From Thermoanaerobaculia bacterium (GTDB taxonomy: Bacteria > Acidobacteriota > Thermoanaerobaculia > UBA5066): a DNA stretch of 29,265 nt. This document shows positions 18,421-27,134 of this stretch, piece by piece; the stretch's first letter is position 1; each line of letters starts with the position of its first letter. The notes under the pieces are model-generated. The model saw nothing but the letters and a program-made list of their open reading frames with translations. It did no database searches and was not told the DNA's origin. The DNA lies in NCBI GenBank assembly GCA_038245905.1, contig JBBRRY010000039.1, forward strand, positions 1-29,265. The letters are read 5' to 3'. The translations under genes and the position numbers were made by a program.

Positions 18421-18436
18421 CATTTCAAGAAAACAC

Positions 18437-19729
18437 ATGGCCGGTCACTTTCGACAGCCCGAGCCCGAAACACCCGGGAAAGCGTTTTCCGAACGCGCGT
18501 TCAAGCCGTTTCCATCTCCCGTCCGCAAGCGCCTCGGCGTCGTTTGCGCGGGCGGGGGCGTGACGGGAGCGATCTACGAGATCGGCACGCTCGCGGCGCT
18601 CGAGGACCGGCTCGAGAACCTCTCGATCAACGACTTCGACGTCTTTGTCGGCGTTTCCGCCGGCGCCTACATCTCGGCCTTGCTCGCGAACGGCGTCACG
18701 CCGGGCGTGCTCTTCCGGAACGTGACGCGCTCGGCCGGCACACGAACCGACATCGACGACCTCGCGCTCTTTCGCCTCAACGTCGGCGAGATCGCGGGCC
18801 GCCTCGCCACGGCTCCCTTCACGATCCTCGACGCCGCCTGGGACTTCTACAAGAACCGCCGCGAGACCACGCTCACCGACCTCGTGCAGTCGCTCGGGCA
18901 GCTCCTGCCCTCCGGGTTGTTCCAGAACGAGGGGCTCGAGGCCTGGATGCGGAAGTGGCTCTCGCAGACGGGCCGCACGAACGACTTCCGGCGCCTCGCC
19001 AAGACCCTCCGCCTCGTCGCCGTGGACCTCGACTCGGGCGAGACGACGGCGTTCGGCTCCCCCGGCCACGATGACGTTCCCATCTCGCAGGCCGTCGCCG
19101 CGTCGTGCGCCATTCCGGGGCTCTACCGGCCGGTCCGGATCGACGGCGTCGACTACATCGACGGCGGCGTCCGGAAGACCGCGCACATCTCGCTCGCGCT
19201 CCGCGAACGTTGCGGCCTCACGATCTGCGTGAACCCGCTCGTCCCCATGCACATCACGCATTCCGAGAGCGGCATCAGGCGCCTCGGCATCGAGGAGGCG
19301 GGACCGCTCAGGAGCCGCGGCCTCACGACGATCCTCGACCAGGCGTTCCGCGTGACGCTCCACTCCCGGCTGCGCTACGGCCTTACGCGCTACCGGCGCG
19401 AGGTCCCCGACGCAGACATCGTCGTCTTCGAGCCGAAACCGGAAGACCTGCCCCATTTCATGCGAAACATCATGCGGACGTCGGGGCGCATCCGCATCGC
19501 CGAATACGCGTACCGTTCGACGATGACGCTCCTCGACTCCGACTTCAAGCGCTTCCAGCGCGTGTTCGCCAAGCACGGCCTCACGCTGCGCCCCGCCTGC
19601 GCGCGGGACCTGTCGCGCGTGAAGCTCCACGCGGATCGCACGAGCGAGCGCACCTCGACGCGCCTCGCCGCCTCCCTTCTCGCGCTCGAGGCCGACCTCG
19701 ACCGGATGACGGCGGCTCGCGGCCGCTGA
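18437..19729 (+). CDS. Patatin-like phospholipase/lipid hydrolase
   Basis: Oxyanion GGGVTG, nucleophile GVSAG, AASCAIPG and catalytic DGG. Confidence 0.92.
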   Translation: MAGHFRQPEPETPGKAFSERAFKPFPSPVRKRLGVVCAGGGVTGAIYEIGTLAALEDRLENLSINDFDVFVGVSAGAYISALLANGVTPGVLFRNVTRSAGTRTDIDDLALFRLNVGEIAGRLATAPFTILDAAWDFYKNRRETTLTDLVQSLGQLLPSGLFQNEGLEAWMRKWLSQTGRTNDFRRLAKTLRLVAVDLDSGETTAFGSPGHDDVPISQAVAASCAIPGLYRPVRIDGVDYIDGGVRKTAHISLALRERCGLTICVNPLVPMHITHSESGIRRLGIEEAGPLRSRGLTTILDQAFRVTLHSRLRYGLTRYRREVPDADIVVFEPKPEDLPHFMRNIMRTSGRIRIAEYAYRSTMTLLDSDFKRFQRVFAKHGLTLRPACARDLSRVKLHADRTSERTSTRLAASLLALEADLDRMTAARGR

Positions 19730-19769
19730 GACGATGTCTCCGCGCGCTATGATCGCGCCGGAGATCCCC

Positions 19770-21083
19770 TTGAAGCCGTACATCCGAGCCGCCCTCGCGG
19801 CAGTTCTATCCGTCCTCCTCGCTGCGGCGCCGGTTCGCGCCTGCTGTGACGACGTGCTGAGCTGCGCGGGCGCCGTCGCGTCCGGCGGGCTCACGTGCGT
19901 GATCGAGCTGGCTTTGGACGCGCTGAAATCCGCGCTGCGTCACGCGACTCAGGAGCGCGACGACGCGCGCGCCGGGTTCGAGAGCGGGCTCGCGGCGTCG
20001 ACGGCCGAGGCGAAGACCGTCCTGAACGGCTGGAAGAAGGCCGCGGACGACGCGGCGGCCGACGCGGAGCGCTCGGCCCAGACGGCCGCAAAACTCGTCG
20101 GGGACGACGAAGCCCGGCTCCGGAAGCTCACGACCGCCTCGGCCACGATGGCGACGAACGTTCCCCCGGCTCGGGCGCCGGCCGGCTCGAAGCTCTCGAC
20201 TTCGACGGGAGGGCGGGCGTTTCAGACTCCGTCACCTACGGCGTCGACGCATCAGGCGGCGCGGGTGTCGGCGGCGGAAATGTTGGCGCTCCTCAAGGAC
20301 GACTCCCTGCGGGACATGCGCCTGGGGATCGAGGACGAGAACAAGAAGACCCACGCACTGTCGGAGAATGCGGGGAGGGCAGCCTCCCACTCCCTGCAGG
20401 CGATGGAGAGGTCGGCCGCGTTCCAACGCGCGGGGTTCGCCATATTCCTCGCAGCGATCGTCGACGTCCTCGCCGTCCTGAACAATGGACTCTCGAACCC
20501 CCTGAAAGCCCCCGACATGGTCATCCTCGCCGTCAACGACCTTGCAGTGGCCGAGACCTTGTTCGCAACCGACGTTTTGCCCGCCGTCGATCGCGAGACG
20601 AAGGCGCGCGAGGATTACGCGGACGCGCCCCGTCCTGAGGCCGATGCTGCTGAAGACCACGCCCGCCGCGCACGCGAGATCCTCGCGAAGCTCGAGCGCG
20701 CCGTCCGCCTTCAGACCCTCGCCGAGAGGCAGAACGTCGCTCAGGAGCTCCGCTCCGCGACGACACCCGCGCCGGTCCGCCACGTCCGCGCCACGCTCGC
20801 CGCGTCGGCGGCCTTCTCGACATTCTCGAAGGCGCTTTCGAAGCGCGTCGGCCTGATGCACGCCGAGCTCCAGAAGGCGAAGCCGGCGGGAGCCCCGGAC
20901 GTGACGCTCTTCCGAACGAAGCTCTCGACAGACCTCTCGGCGCAATTCCGTGGGAAGAGCGCCGCCGAGACCGCCCGAATCCGCGACACGCTTCTCGCCG
21001 ACGCCCGCCGCCGATTCGCGTACGACCCGAAGACGCTCGCGGGCGTCGAGAGGCTCGTCACGGACGCGGCCCGCGTCCACTGA
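19770..21083 (+). CDS. Hypothetical secreted helical protein with an N-terminal Cys motif
   Basis: Probable TTG start at 19770 after TATGAT and GGAG. The signal peptide MKPYIRAALAAVLSVLLAAAPVRA is followed by CCDDVLSC...GGLTC, then Ala-rich helices. The alternative start is 19734. Confidence 0.7.
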   Translation: MKPYIRAALAAVLSVLLAAAPVRACCDDVLSCAGAVASGGLTCVIELALDALKSALRHATQERDDARAGFESGLAASTAEAKTVLNGWKKAADDAAADAERSAQTAAKLVGDDEARLRKLTTASATMATNVPPARAPAGSKLSTSTGGRAFQTPSPTASTHQAARVSAAEMLALLKDDSLRDMRLGIEDENKKTHALSENAGRAASHSLQAMERSAAFQRAGFAIFLAAIVDVLAVLNNGLSNPLKAPDMVILAVNDLAVAETLFATDVLPAVDRETKAREDYADAPRPEADAAEDHARRAREILAKLERAVRLQTLAERQNVAQELRSATTPAPVRHVRATLAASAAFSTFSKALSKRVGLMHAELQKAKPAGAPDVTLFRTKLSTDLSAQFRGKSAAETARIRDTLLADARRRFAYDPKTLAGVERLVTDAARVH

Positions 21084-21105
21084 CAAGCCCGCGCCCGCGG
21101 TCCCG

Positions 21106-22101
21106 CTATTCGCCGGTGAAGATGTTGCCGCGCCGCGAGAGGCGCGAGTCGATCATCGTCTGGAGCGTCGAACGCACCTGGTCCGCGAGCTCGTTCACGA
21201 TCATGGGGCGGTCGGCGACCTCCGGCCCGTGACCGAACACGATGGGCTTGCCGATGTCGATCCACCATTTCGTCGGCAGCGGCAGGACGCCGAGCGGGCC
21301 GAGGAGCGGGAACGTCGGAGTCAACGGGAAATACGGGAGCCCGAGCGGCCTGCCTATGAAATCCATGCGCGTAAGGTTCGGGTGGATCTCCTCGGCGCCG
21401 ACGACCGACACCGGAATGACCGGCGCACCCGTCTGGAGGGCGAGGCGCACGAAGCCGCCGCGCCCGAAACGCGCGAGGCGGTAGCGGTCGCGAAAGAGCT
21501 TGCCAACGCCCTTGACGCCCTCGGGAAACACGCCGACGAGCTCGTCACGGCGCAGCAGCCGTTCCCCGTTCTCGGGGCAGGCGCGCACCTCGCCCATATC
21601 CCGGAGCCACGGCTGAAGGAACGGAAGCGTGGTGAACATGTCGAGGACGAGCATTCGGGCGGTGCGATGCGCGGAGTGCTCTCGCGCGATGCCGCGCTTG
21701 ACCATTGCGCCGTCCCACGGCAGGACGCCGGAATGATTCGCCACGAGAAGCGCGCGGCCCGCCATCGGGATGTTGTCCACTCCCGACAACGTCACGCGCC
21801 ACCACACGGAGTAGAAGAAATCGAAGAGCTCGGTCCAGGATCGAGCGGCCACCTCGTTGTAGCCGAAGTCGTCCAGATCGAAAGTGTGCGAGCGGTTCCG
21901 GAAGAGGTTCCAGAGATCCACGAGAGCCCGCGGCGATTTGAACTCCGGATGTCCGTCGAGGAACCGGGCGGCCTCGCCCAGCATGGCATGGAGAAAATCG
22001 TCCGGATTCTGCGGAAGGAGCGAGGGCGCGAATCCCGAGGCCCCTCCGGCGGGAGCGGCGGGCGGCGCCGCGTCGGGAGCGGGGTGGCGGCGCGCGCTCA
22101 C
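21106..22101 (-). CDS. Lysophospholipid/glycerol acyltransferase (PlsC superfamily)
   Basis: NHSGVLPWD (HxxxxxD), VFPEGVKG, FGRGGFVRLAL and VVGAEE. GTG 22101 overlaps the SDR stop. Confidence 0.9.
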   Translation of the reverse strand: MSARRHPAPDAAPPAAPAGGASGFAPSLLPQNPDDFLHAMLGEAARFLDGHPEFKSPRALVDLWNLFRNRSHTFDLDDFGYNEVAARSWTELFDFFYSVWWRVTLSGVDNIPMAGRALLVANHSGVLPWDGAMVKRGIAREHSAHRTARMLVLDMFTTLPFLQPWLRDMGEVRACPENGERLLRRDELVGVFPEGVKGVGKLFRDRYRLARFGRGGFVRLALQTGAPVIPVSVVGAEEIHPNLTRMDFIGRPLGLPYFPLTPTFPLLGPLGVLPLPTKWWIDIGKPIVFGHGPEVADRPMIVNELADQVRSTLQTMIDSRLSRRGNIFTGE

Positions 22102-23228
22102 GAGGCCACCCCCGCGGTTCCCGGCCGGTGGAGAGGATGGACGCGCTGCTCGAATGTGTAACGCGCGGACCGGGCCGCATCCGCGACCGCGTCGAAGTCC
22201 ACGAGGCGCCCCGTTCCAAAGCGGGCGCGCGCGGTTTCGAGAACGACCTCGAGAGTCGTGTGCTGCGCGGTGAAGCCCAGGAGCCGCCGGGCCTTCGCGC
22301 CGTCGACCACGCAGAGATAACGGAAGTAATGCGCGTGGACGCCCGGCATCAGGCCGACTCCCGCGAGCCACGCGGCCTCGTACAGAGCGTAGGCGAGCGG
22401 ATGCGGCACGGGCACCCCGAGCGAACCGAAGAGCAGGCGCACGGTGGAGAGCGGCACGACACCTTCGGGCGCGATATTGAAGACGCCCTGCGCCTCGGGA
22501 CGGTCGAGCGCCCGCACGAGCGCGTCGACGGCGTCGTCCGGGTCGAGAGCCTGCAGGAGAGGGTCGTACCCCATGAGCTGCCACGAGAACGGGGCCGCAA
22601 AGAGCCGCGTGCGATAGTCGCGTACCTCGGGCGAAAGGAGCGGGACGAATCGCAGGATCTGCACGCGTGCGTCGGGATGGCGCCGCACGTGTGACCGGGC
22701 GTGGCTCTCGGCCTCCACGAAGTCACGCACGAAGCGGTCTTCCGCGTCGGGCTGGAGCGGGTGGTCTTCCGTGAGAAAATTCGGGTTGTCGCCGCGCGCG
22801 CCATACACGAGAGACGTCGAGCCGAGGAGGATGCGCGGGATCTTCGCCTCGCCGGCAGCCGCAAAGACGTGCAAAGCGCCGATGGAATTCAGCTCGTGGG
22901 CATAGGTCGTCTGGCGGGACGGGCTCCTGAGCTGCGCGAGATGGACGATGGCGTCCGGTCTCTCTTCCTTCAGGAGCTTGAAGAGCGTGCCGTCCGCGAA
23001 GGGCAGGTTGAGATCGAGGAAGCGGTGCTTCACGTCGGGCAGGTCCGCCGGCGGCACGAGGTCGAACACCACGACGTCGCGGTCGCCACGCGCGACGAGC
23101 GCGCGGACGAGGCGTTCCCCGAAGAAACCGCTGCCTCCCGTGACGACGACCTTCCGCCGCCGCGTCAGGGTGTCCGCGACCTTCGGAAATCGCACGACGC
23201 GCCCGCCGGCGCCGGCTTTTCTCGCCAT
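22098..23228 (-). CDS. NAD-dependent epimerase/dehydratase (extended SDR)
   Basis: VVVTGGSGFFG, IVHLA, STSLVYGA...NFLTEDHPL and GYDPLLQ. Confidence 0.88.
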   Translation of the reverse strand: MARKAGAGGRVVRFPKVADTLTRRRKVVVTGGSGFFGERLVRALVARGDRDVVVFDLVPPADLPDVKHRFLDLNLPFADGTLFKLLKEERPDAIVHLAQLRSPSRQTTYAHELNSIGALHVFAAAGEAKIPRILLGSTSLVYGARGDNPNFLTEDHPLQPDAEDRFVRDFVEAESHARSHVRRHPDARVQILRFVPLLSPEVRDYRTRLFAAPFSWQLMGYDPLLQALDPDDAVDALVRALDRPEAQGVFNIAPEGVVPLSTVRLLFGSLGVPVPHPLAYALYEAAWLAGVGLMPGVHAHYFRYLCVVDGAKARRLLGFTAQHTTLEVVLETARARFGTGRLVDFDAVADAARSARYTFEQRVHPLHRPGTAGVAS

Positions 23229-23235
23229 GGGGCCC

Positions 23236-23538
23236 CTACCTCTTCCGCCCGGAAGCCTTGCGGGCGGGCTTCGCCGCCGGTCTCGCGCTCCGCGCCTTCA
23301 GGGATTCGAGCTCGGCCTCCATCTCGGCGAGGCGCTTCTCCAGCTTCGAGATGTCCTTTCGCGTCGCGACGTTCATCGCCTTCAGGCCCTCGGCCACGCG
23401 CTTGTCGACCTCTTCCTTGGCGGCGATGCCCTTTTTCAGGACCTCGATGAAGGCCGGGTTCGCCATGAGGTTGTTGGAAATCTCGGTGAGGAAGCCCTCG
23501 CCTCGGGCCCGGAGCTGATCGAACAGGGATTCGGACAT
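23236..23538 (-). CDS. Small phasin-like coiled-coil protein with a basic tail
   Basis: LKAMNVATRKDISKLEKRLAEMEAELESLK, then the histone-H1/PhaF-like tail RPAAKPARKASGRKR. Confidence 0.7.
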   Translation of the reverse strand: MSESLFDQLRARGEGFLTEISNNLMANPAFIEVLKKGIAAKEEVDKRVAEGLKAMNVATRKDISKLEKRLAEMEAELESLKARSARPAAKPARKASGRKR

Positions 23539-23595
23539 GCGCTACCCTTTCGCGGAAGCCTGGGGTCGGTCGGCCTCCTGCAGGAATCCAGCATT

Positions 23596-25581
23596 ATGCG
23601 TCCACCCCTCCTCGAAAGCCTCTTTTCCCGCCGGTTCCTCGTCGTGTCAGGCAAGGGCGGCGTCGGGAAGACCACGGTCGCGGCTGCGCTCGCGAAGCTC
23701 GCCGCGGACGCGGGCCGCACCGTCCTTCTCGTCTCCACGGACGGGCGCGGGGACGCGGCGGCGCTCCTCGGGAAGCAGGACGCGGGCTACCACGAGGCCG
23801 AGCTCGCGCCGCGCCTCCATGGCCTCACGGGCGACTTCGACGCCCTCCTGACCGACTTCGTCCACGCCGTCGCGCCCGTCCGGCTGCTCGCCGACCGCCT
23901 CCTCGCCGTGCCGGCGTTCCGATTCTTCACGCGGGCGACGCCCGGCCTCCCCGATCTCCTCCTCCTCGGCAAGATCCGGGAGATCCTCAGGCGAAAGCGA
24001 TCGACCGCGCGCGCCCCCCGCGTCGATCTCGTCGTGCTCGACGCGCCCGCCACCGGCCACGCGCTTTCTCTCGTCGCGCTCCCCCGCACGCTCCTCGCGA
24101 CGGTTCCCGTGGGGCCCGTACGAAAGCTCGCGGTGTGGCTCGACGAACTCCTGTCGGACCCGGAGCACGCGGCGCTCGTGGTCGTCTCGGCGCCCGAGGA
24201 TTTCGCGGCGAAGGAAACGGAGGAGTTGATCGCGGGCGCATGGGAGAAGGCAGGTCTCGCCACGAGCCTCGTCGTCGTGAACCGGGTCGGGCGAGGGGGA
24301 AAAGAGGGAGAAGAGATTCTGCTGAAGAGGGGGACCGGGAATGCGCTCGTCGAGATACCGGAGATCGAGGCCGACGAGTTTGAAGAGGAAGAGAGGATTT
24401 CTTCGAATGGTCCTGTGCGCCCTGCGCCCTCTGAGCCGAATGGCCGCGTGACCGCACAGGCCAGGCAGTTTTTCTCTGCCTTTCTCACCACATTCGAAGA
24501 AAATACGGCGTCTCCCTTGCGAGCAGTCCGCAGTGAGAAGACGGCGCGCGCCCCTGCTCCGGAAAGCAAAAATCCCCTCTTTCCCTCCTTCGTCCTCCCG
24601 CGCCCCCTCGACCTCCGCCCCTGGCTCGACGACGAAAAGCTCATCGTCCTGACGGGCCCCGGGGGCGTCGGGAAGACGACGCTCTCGGCGGCTCTCGGAA
24701 TCGCGGCGGCCCGCCGCGGACGGCGCACGCTCGTCCTCACGGTCGATCCCGCCAGGCGCCTCGCGCAAGCCCTCGGACTCTCGGGCCGGGAGGCGCGCTC
24801 CGGTCGCCCCACGGAGGTGAACGTGAGCGGCATCCCGAAGGGCGGCGGTGGCCGTCTCTTTGCGCTCCAGATCGACCCGAAGGCCACGTTCGAGCGCCTC
24901 CTCGCGCGCACGGCGAGCCCCCCCGCGCTCGAGAGGATCCACGCGAACCGCCTCTACTCCGGGCTCGTCGACTCCTTGCCCGGTGTCCTCGAGTACATGG
25001 GGGTCGAGGCGCTCCACGAGCACTCCGCCGATCCTGACTTCGACCTCCTCGTGCTCGACACGCCACCGGCCGCCCGCGGCCTCGATTTTCTGGCGGCGCC
25101 GGAGCGCCTCGTCACTCTCCTCGAGAACGACGCCCTGCGCTTCTTCCTCCGGCGCGACGGGTTCTTCGGGCGCGCCTTCTCCGAGGCCTCGCGCGGGGGC
25201 GCGGCGCTCCTTCGCGCCGCGGACAAGATCCTCGGGCTCGGTTTCCTCGCCGACCTCGCCGACTTCTTCCGCGCGTTCGACGGCCTCTACGACGGCTTCC
25301 GGGACCGCAGCCGCGAGGCGACCCGGCTCCTCTCCGAGGGGCGTTACCTCGTCGCGACGACGCTCGACTTCTCCGCGCTCGCGACATCCGTCGACCTCGC
25401 CGCCGGCCTCGCGCGCCGCGGGACCCGGCCGGGCCTGCTCGTGAATCGCGTGAGCGCACGCCAGGCCTCGCCCCTCAATCTTCCCGGGCCGCTCGCCGCC
25501 CTGCCGGCGCTCGCCGTTGCCGAGGCAGACGCGCCTCCGGACGACTTGCCCTCGGTCCTCGCGTCGGCGCTCGCGGACTAG
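23596..25581 (+). CDS. Fused tandem ArsA/Get3-like P-loop ATPase
   Basis: Domain 1: SGKGGVGKTT, VSTD, DAPATGH. Domain 2: TGPGGVGKTT, TVDPARRLAQALG, DTPP...LDFL. They are joined by a ~100-aa linker. Start ATG 23596. Confidence 0.88.
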   Translation: MRPPLLESLFSRRFLVVSGKGGVGKTTVAAALAKLAADAGRTVLLVSTDGRGDAAALLGKQDAGYHEAELAPRLHGLTGDFDALLTDFVHAVAPVRLLADRLLAVPAFRFFTRATPGLPDLLLLGKIREILRRKRSTARAPRVDLVVLDAPATGHALSLVALPRTLLATVPVGPVRKLAVWLDELLSDPEHAALVVVSAPEDFAAKETEELIAGAWEKAGLATSLVVVNRVGRGGKEGEEILLKRGTGNALVEIPEIEADEFEEEERISSNGPVRPAPSEPNGRVTAQARQFFSAFLTTFEENTASPLRAVRSEKTARAPAPESKNPLFPSFVLPRPLDLRPWLDDEKLIVLTGPGGVGKTTLSAALGIAAARRGRRTLVLTVDPARRLAQALGLSGREARSGRPTEVNVSGIPKGGGGRLFALQIDPKATFERLLARTASPPALERIHANRLYSGLVDSLPGVLEYMGVEALHEHSADPDFDLLVLDTPPAARGLDFLAAPERLVTLLENDALRFFLRRDGFFGRAFSEASRGGAALLRAADKILGLGFLADLADFFRAFDGLYDGFRDRSREATRLLSEGRYLVATTLDFSALATSVDLAAGLARRGTRPGLLVNRVSARQASPLNLPGPLAALPALAVAEADAPPDDLPSVLASALAD

Positions 25582-27098
25582 TCGAGATTCGCGAGGAGGC
25601 CTTCGAGATCGCCGCCGAGGACGGCCCGTGCGCCCTCGATGGCCGGCGCCGCATGGCGATCCGCGTCCCAGAACGGCACGCGCGCGCGCACGAGCCGGTG
25701 CGCCTCTTCGAGCGGCGGAGACGACCGGAGCGGCCTCCGGAGGTCCAGGGCCTGCGCGGCGGCCAGGAGCTCGATCGCGAGCACGGTCTCGAAGAGGTCG
25801 ACGTTTTTCAGGAGCTTGCGGGCCGCGATCGGGCCCATCGAGACGTGGTCTTCCTTCCCCGCCGACGTCGGAATCGAGTCCACGGACGCCGGGAAGGAAT
25901 TCGACTTCGCCTCCGAGACGAGCGCCGCCGCCGTGACGTGGATCATCATGAGGCCCGAGTTCAGGCCGCCGTCACGCGTGAGAAAGGCGGGCAGATCCCC
26001 GGAGAGCGCCGGGTTGACGAGCCGCTCGGTGCGCCTCTCGGACAGCGAGGCCATGTCGGCGGTCGACGCGGTGAGGAGATCGCACACGAGGGCCACTGGC
26101 GCCGCGTGGAAATTCCCACCCGAGACGAGCGTGCCCGTCTCCGCGAAGACCATCGGGTTGTCGGTCGCGGCGTTCATCTCGATCTCGATCACGCGCCGCG
26201 CGTGCGCCGCCGCGTCGCGGGCCGTGCCGTGCACCTGCGGGATGCAGCGCAGCGCGTACGCGTCCTGGACGACGCCGCAGTCGCGGTGGCTCTCGCGGAG
26301 GCCTGAATGGGCGAGGAGCGCCCGAAGGTTGCCCGCCGAGACGATCTGGCCGGGATGCGGGCGCGCCGCGTGGATGCGCGGGTCGAACGCGGCATCGGTG
26401 CCCTTGAGCGTGTCCAGCGTGAGCGCCGCCACGAGATCCGCCGCCTTCAGGAGCCGGAGGAGGCGGTGGAGCGCGAGGGCGCCGAGCCCCGTCGTGAGCT
26501 GCGTCCCGTTGATGAGAGCGAGCCCTTCCTTCGCTTCGAGGACCGCGGTGGAAAGGCCCGCGGCGGCGAGCGCCTCGGCGGACGGCAGGATCTTCCCGTT
26601 CCATTCGACGTCGCCTTCTCCGACGAGGGCGAGCGCGAGGTGCGCGAGAGGCGCGAGATCGCCCGATGCACCGACCGAGCCCTGCTCCGGGATCACCGGG
26701 TGGATTCCCTTGCCGAGGCACGCGAGAAGGAGCTCGAGCGTCTCTCTTCGGATGCCCGAAAATCCCTTCGCCAGGCAGTTCGCGCGGAGAAGCATGACGG
26801 CTCGCACCGCGGGCGGGTCCAGAGGGCGTCCCGTGCCGGCCGCGTGGCTCCGCACGAGATTCAGCTGGAGCTGCCCGAGCTTCTCCCGCGGGATGACGAC
26901 GTCGGCGAACTTCCCGAAACCGGTCGTGACCCCGTAGACGACCCGGTCCTCCCGGACGGCGCGGTCGATGACGGCGCGCGCCGCGGCGACGCGGACCGCG
27001 GCGCCGGGCGCAAGGACCGCGGATGCCTCGCCGCGGGAAATCGAAGAAAGATCCTCCAGTGTGAGAGATTCCCCGTCCAGCTCGACGACGCGCTTCAC
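25578..27098 (-). CDS. hutH: Histidine ammonia-lyase
   Basis: VYGVTTGFG, LVRSHAAG, MIO-forming GSVGASGDLAPL, KEGLALING, QDAYALRCIPQV and SGGNFH. Start GTG 27098 or ATG 27116. Confidence 0.97.
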   Translation of the reverse strand: MKRVVELDGESLTLEDLSSISRGEASAVLAPGAAVRVAAARAVIDRAVREDRVVYGVTTGFGKFADVVIPREKLGQLQLNLVRSHAAGTGRPLDPPAVRAVMLLRANCLAKGFSGIRRETLELLLACLGKGIHPVIPEQGSVGASGDLAPLAHLALALVGEGDVEWNGKILPSAEALAAAGLSTAVLEAKEGLALINGTQLTTGLGALALHRLLRLLKAADLVAALTLDTLKGTDAAFDPRIHAARPHPGQIVSAGNLRALLAHSGLRESHRDCGVVQDAYALRCIPQVHGTARDAAAHARRVIEIEMNAATDNPMVFAETGTLVSGGNFHAAPVALVCDLLTASTADMASLSERRTERLVNPALSGDLPAFLTRDGGLNSGLMMIHVTAAALVSEAKSNSFPASVDSIPTSAGKEDHVSMGPIAARKLLKNVDLFETVLAIELLAAAQALDLRRPLRSSPPLEEAHRLVRARVPFWDADRHAAPAIEGARAVLGGDLEGLLANLD

Positions 27099-27134
27099 GA
27101 TGCCGCATTCTCGCATCGGCGGTACAATTCCAAA

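Noticed and set aside
23596-25581. Arsenic-resistance ArsA
   Set aside because: No arsB, acr3, arsC, arsD or arsR nearby, no metalloid-binding Cys, and the second Walker A lacks the signature Lys.
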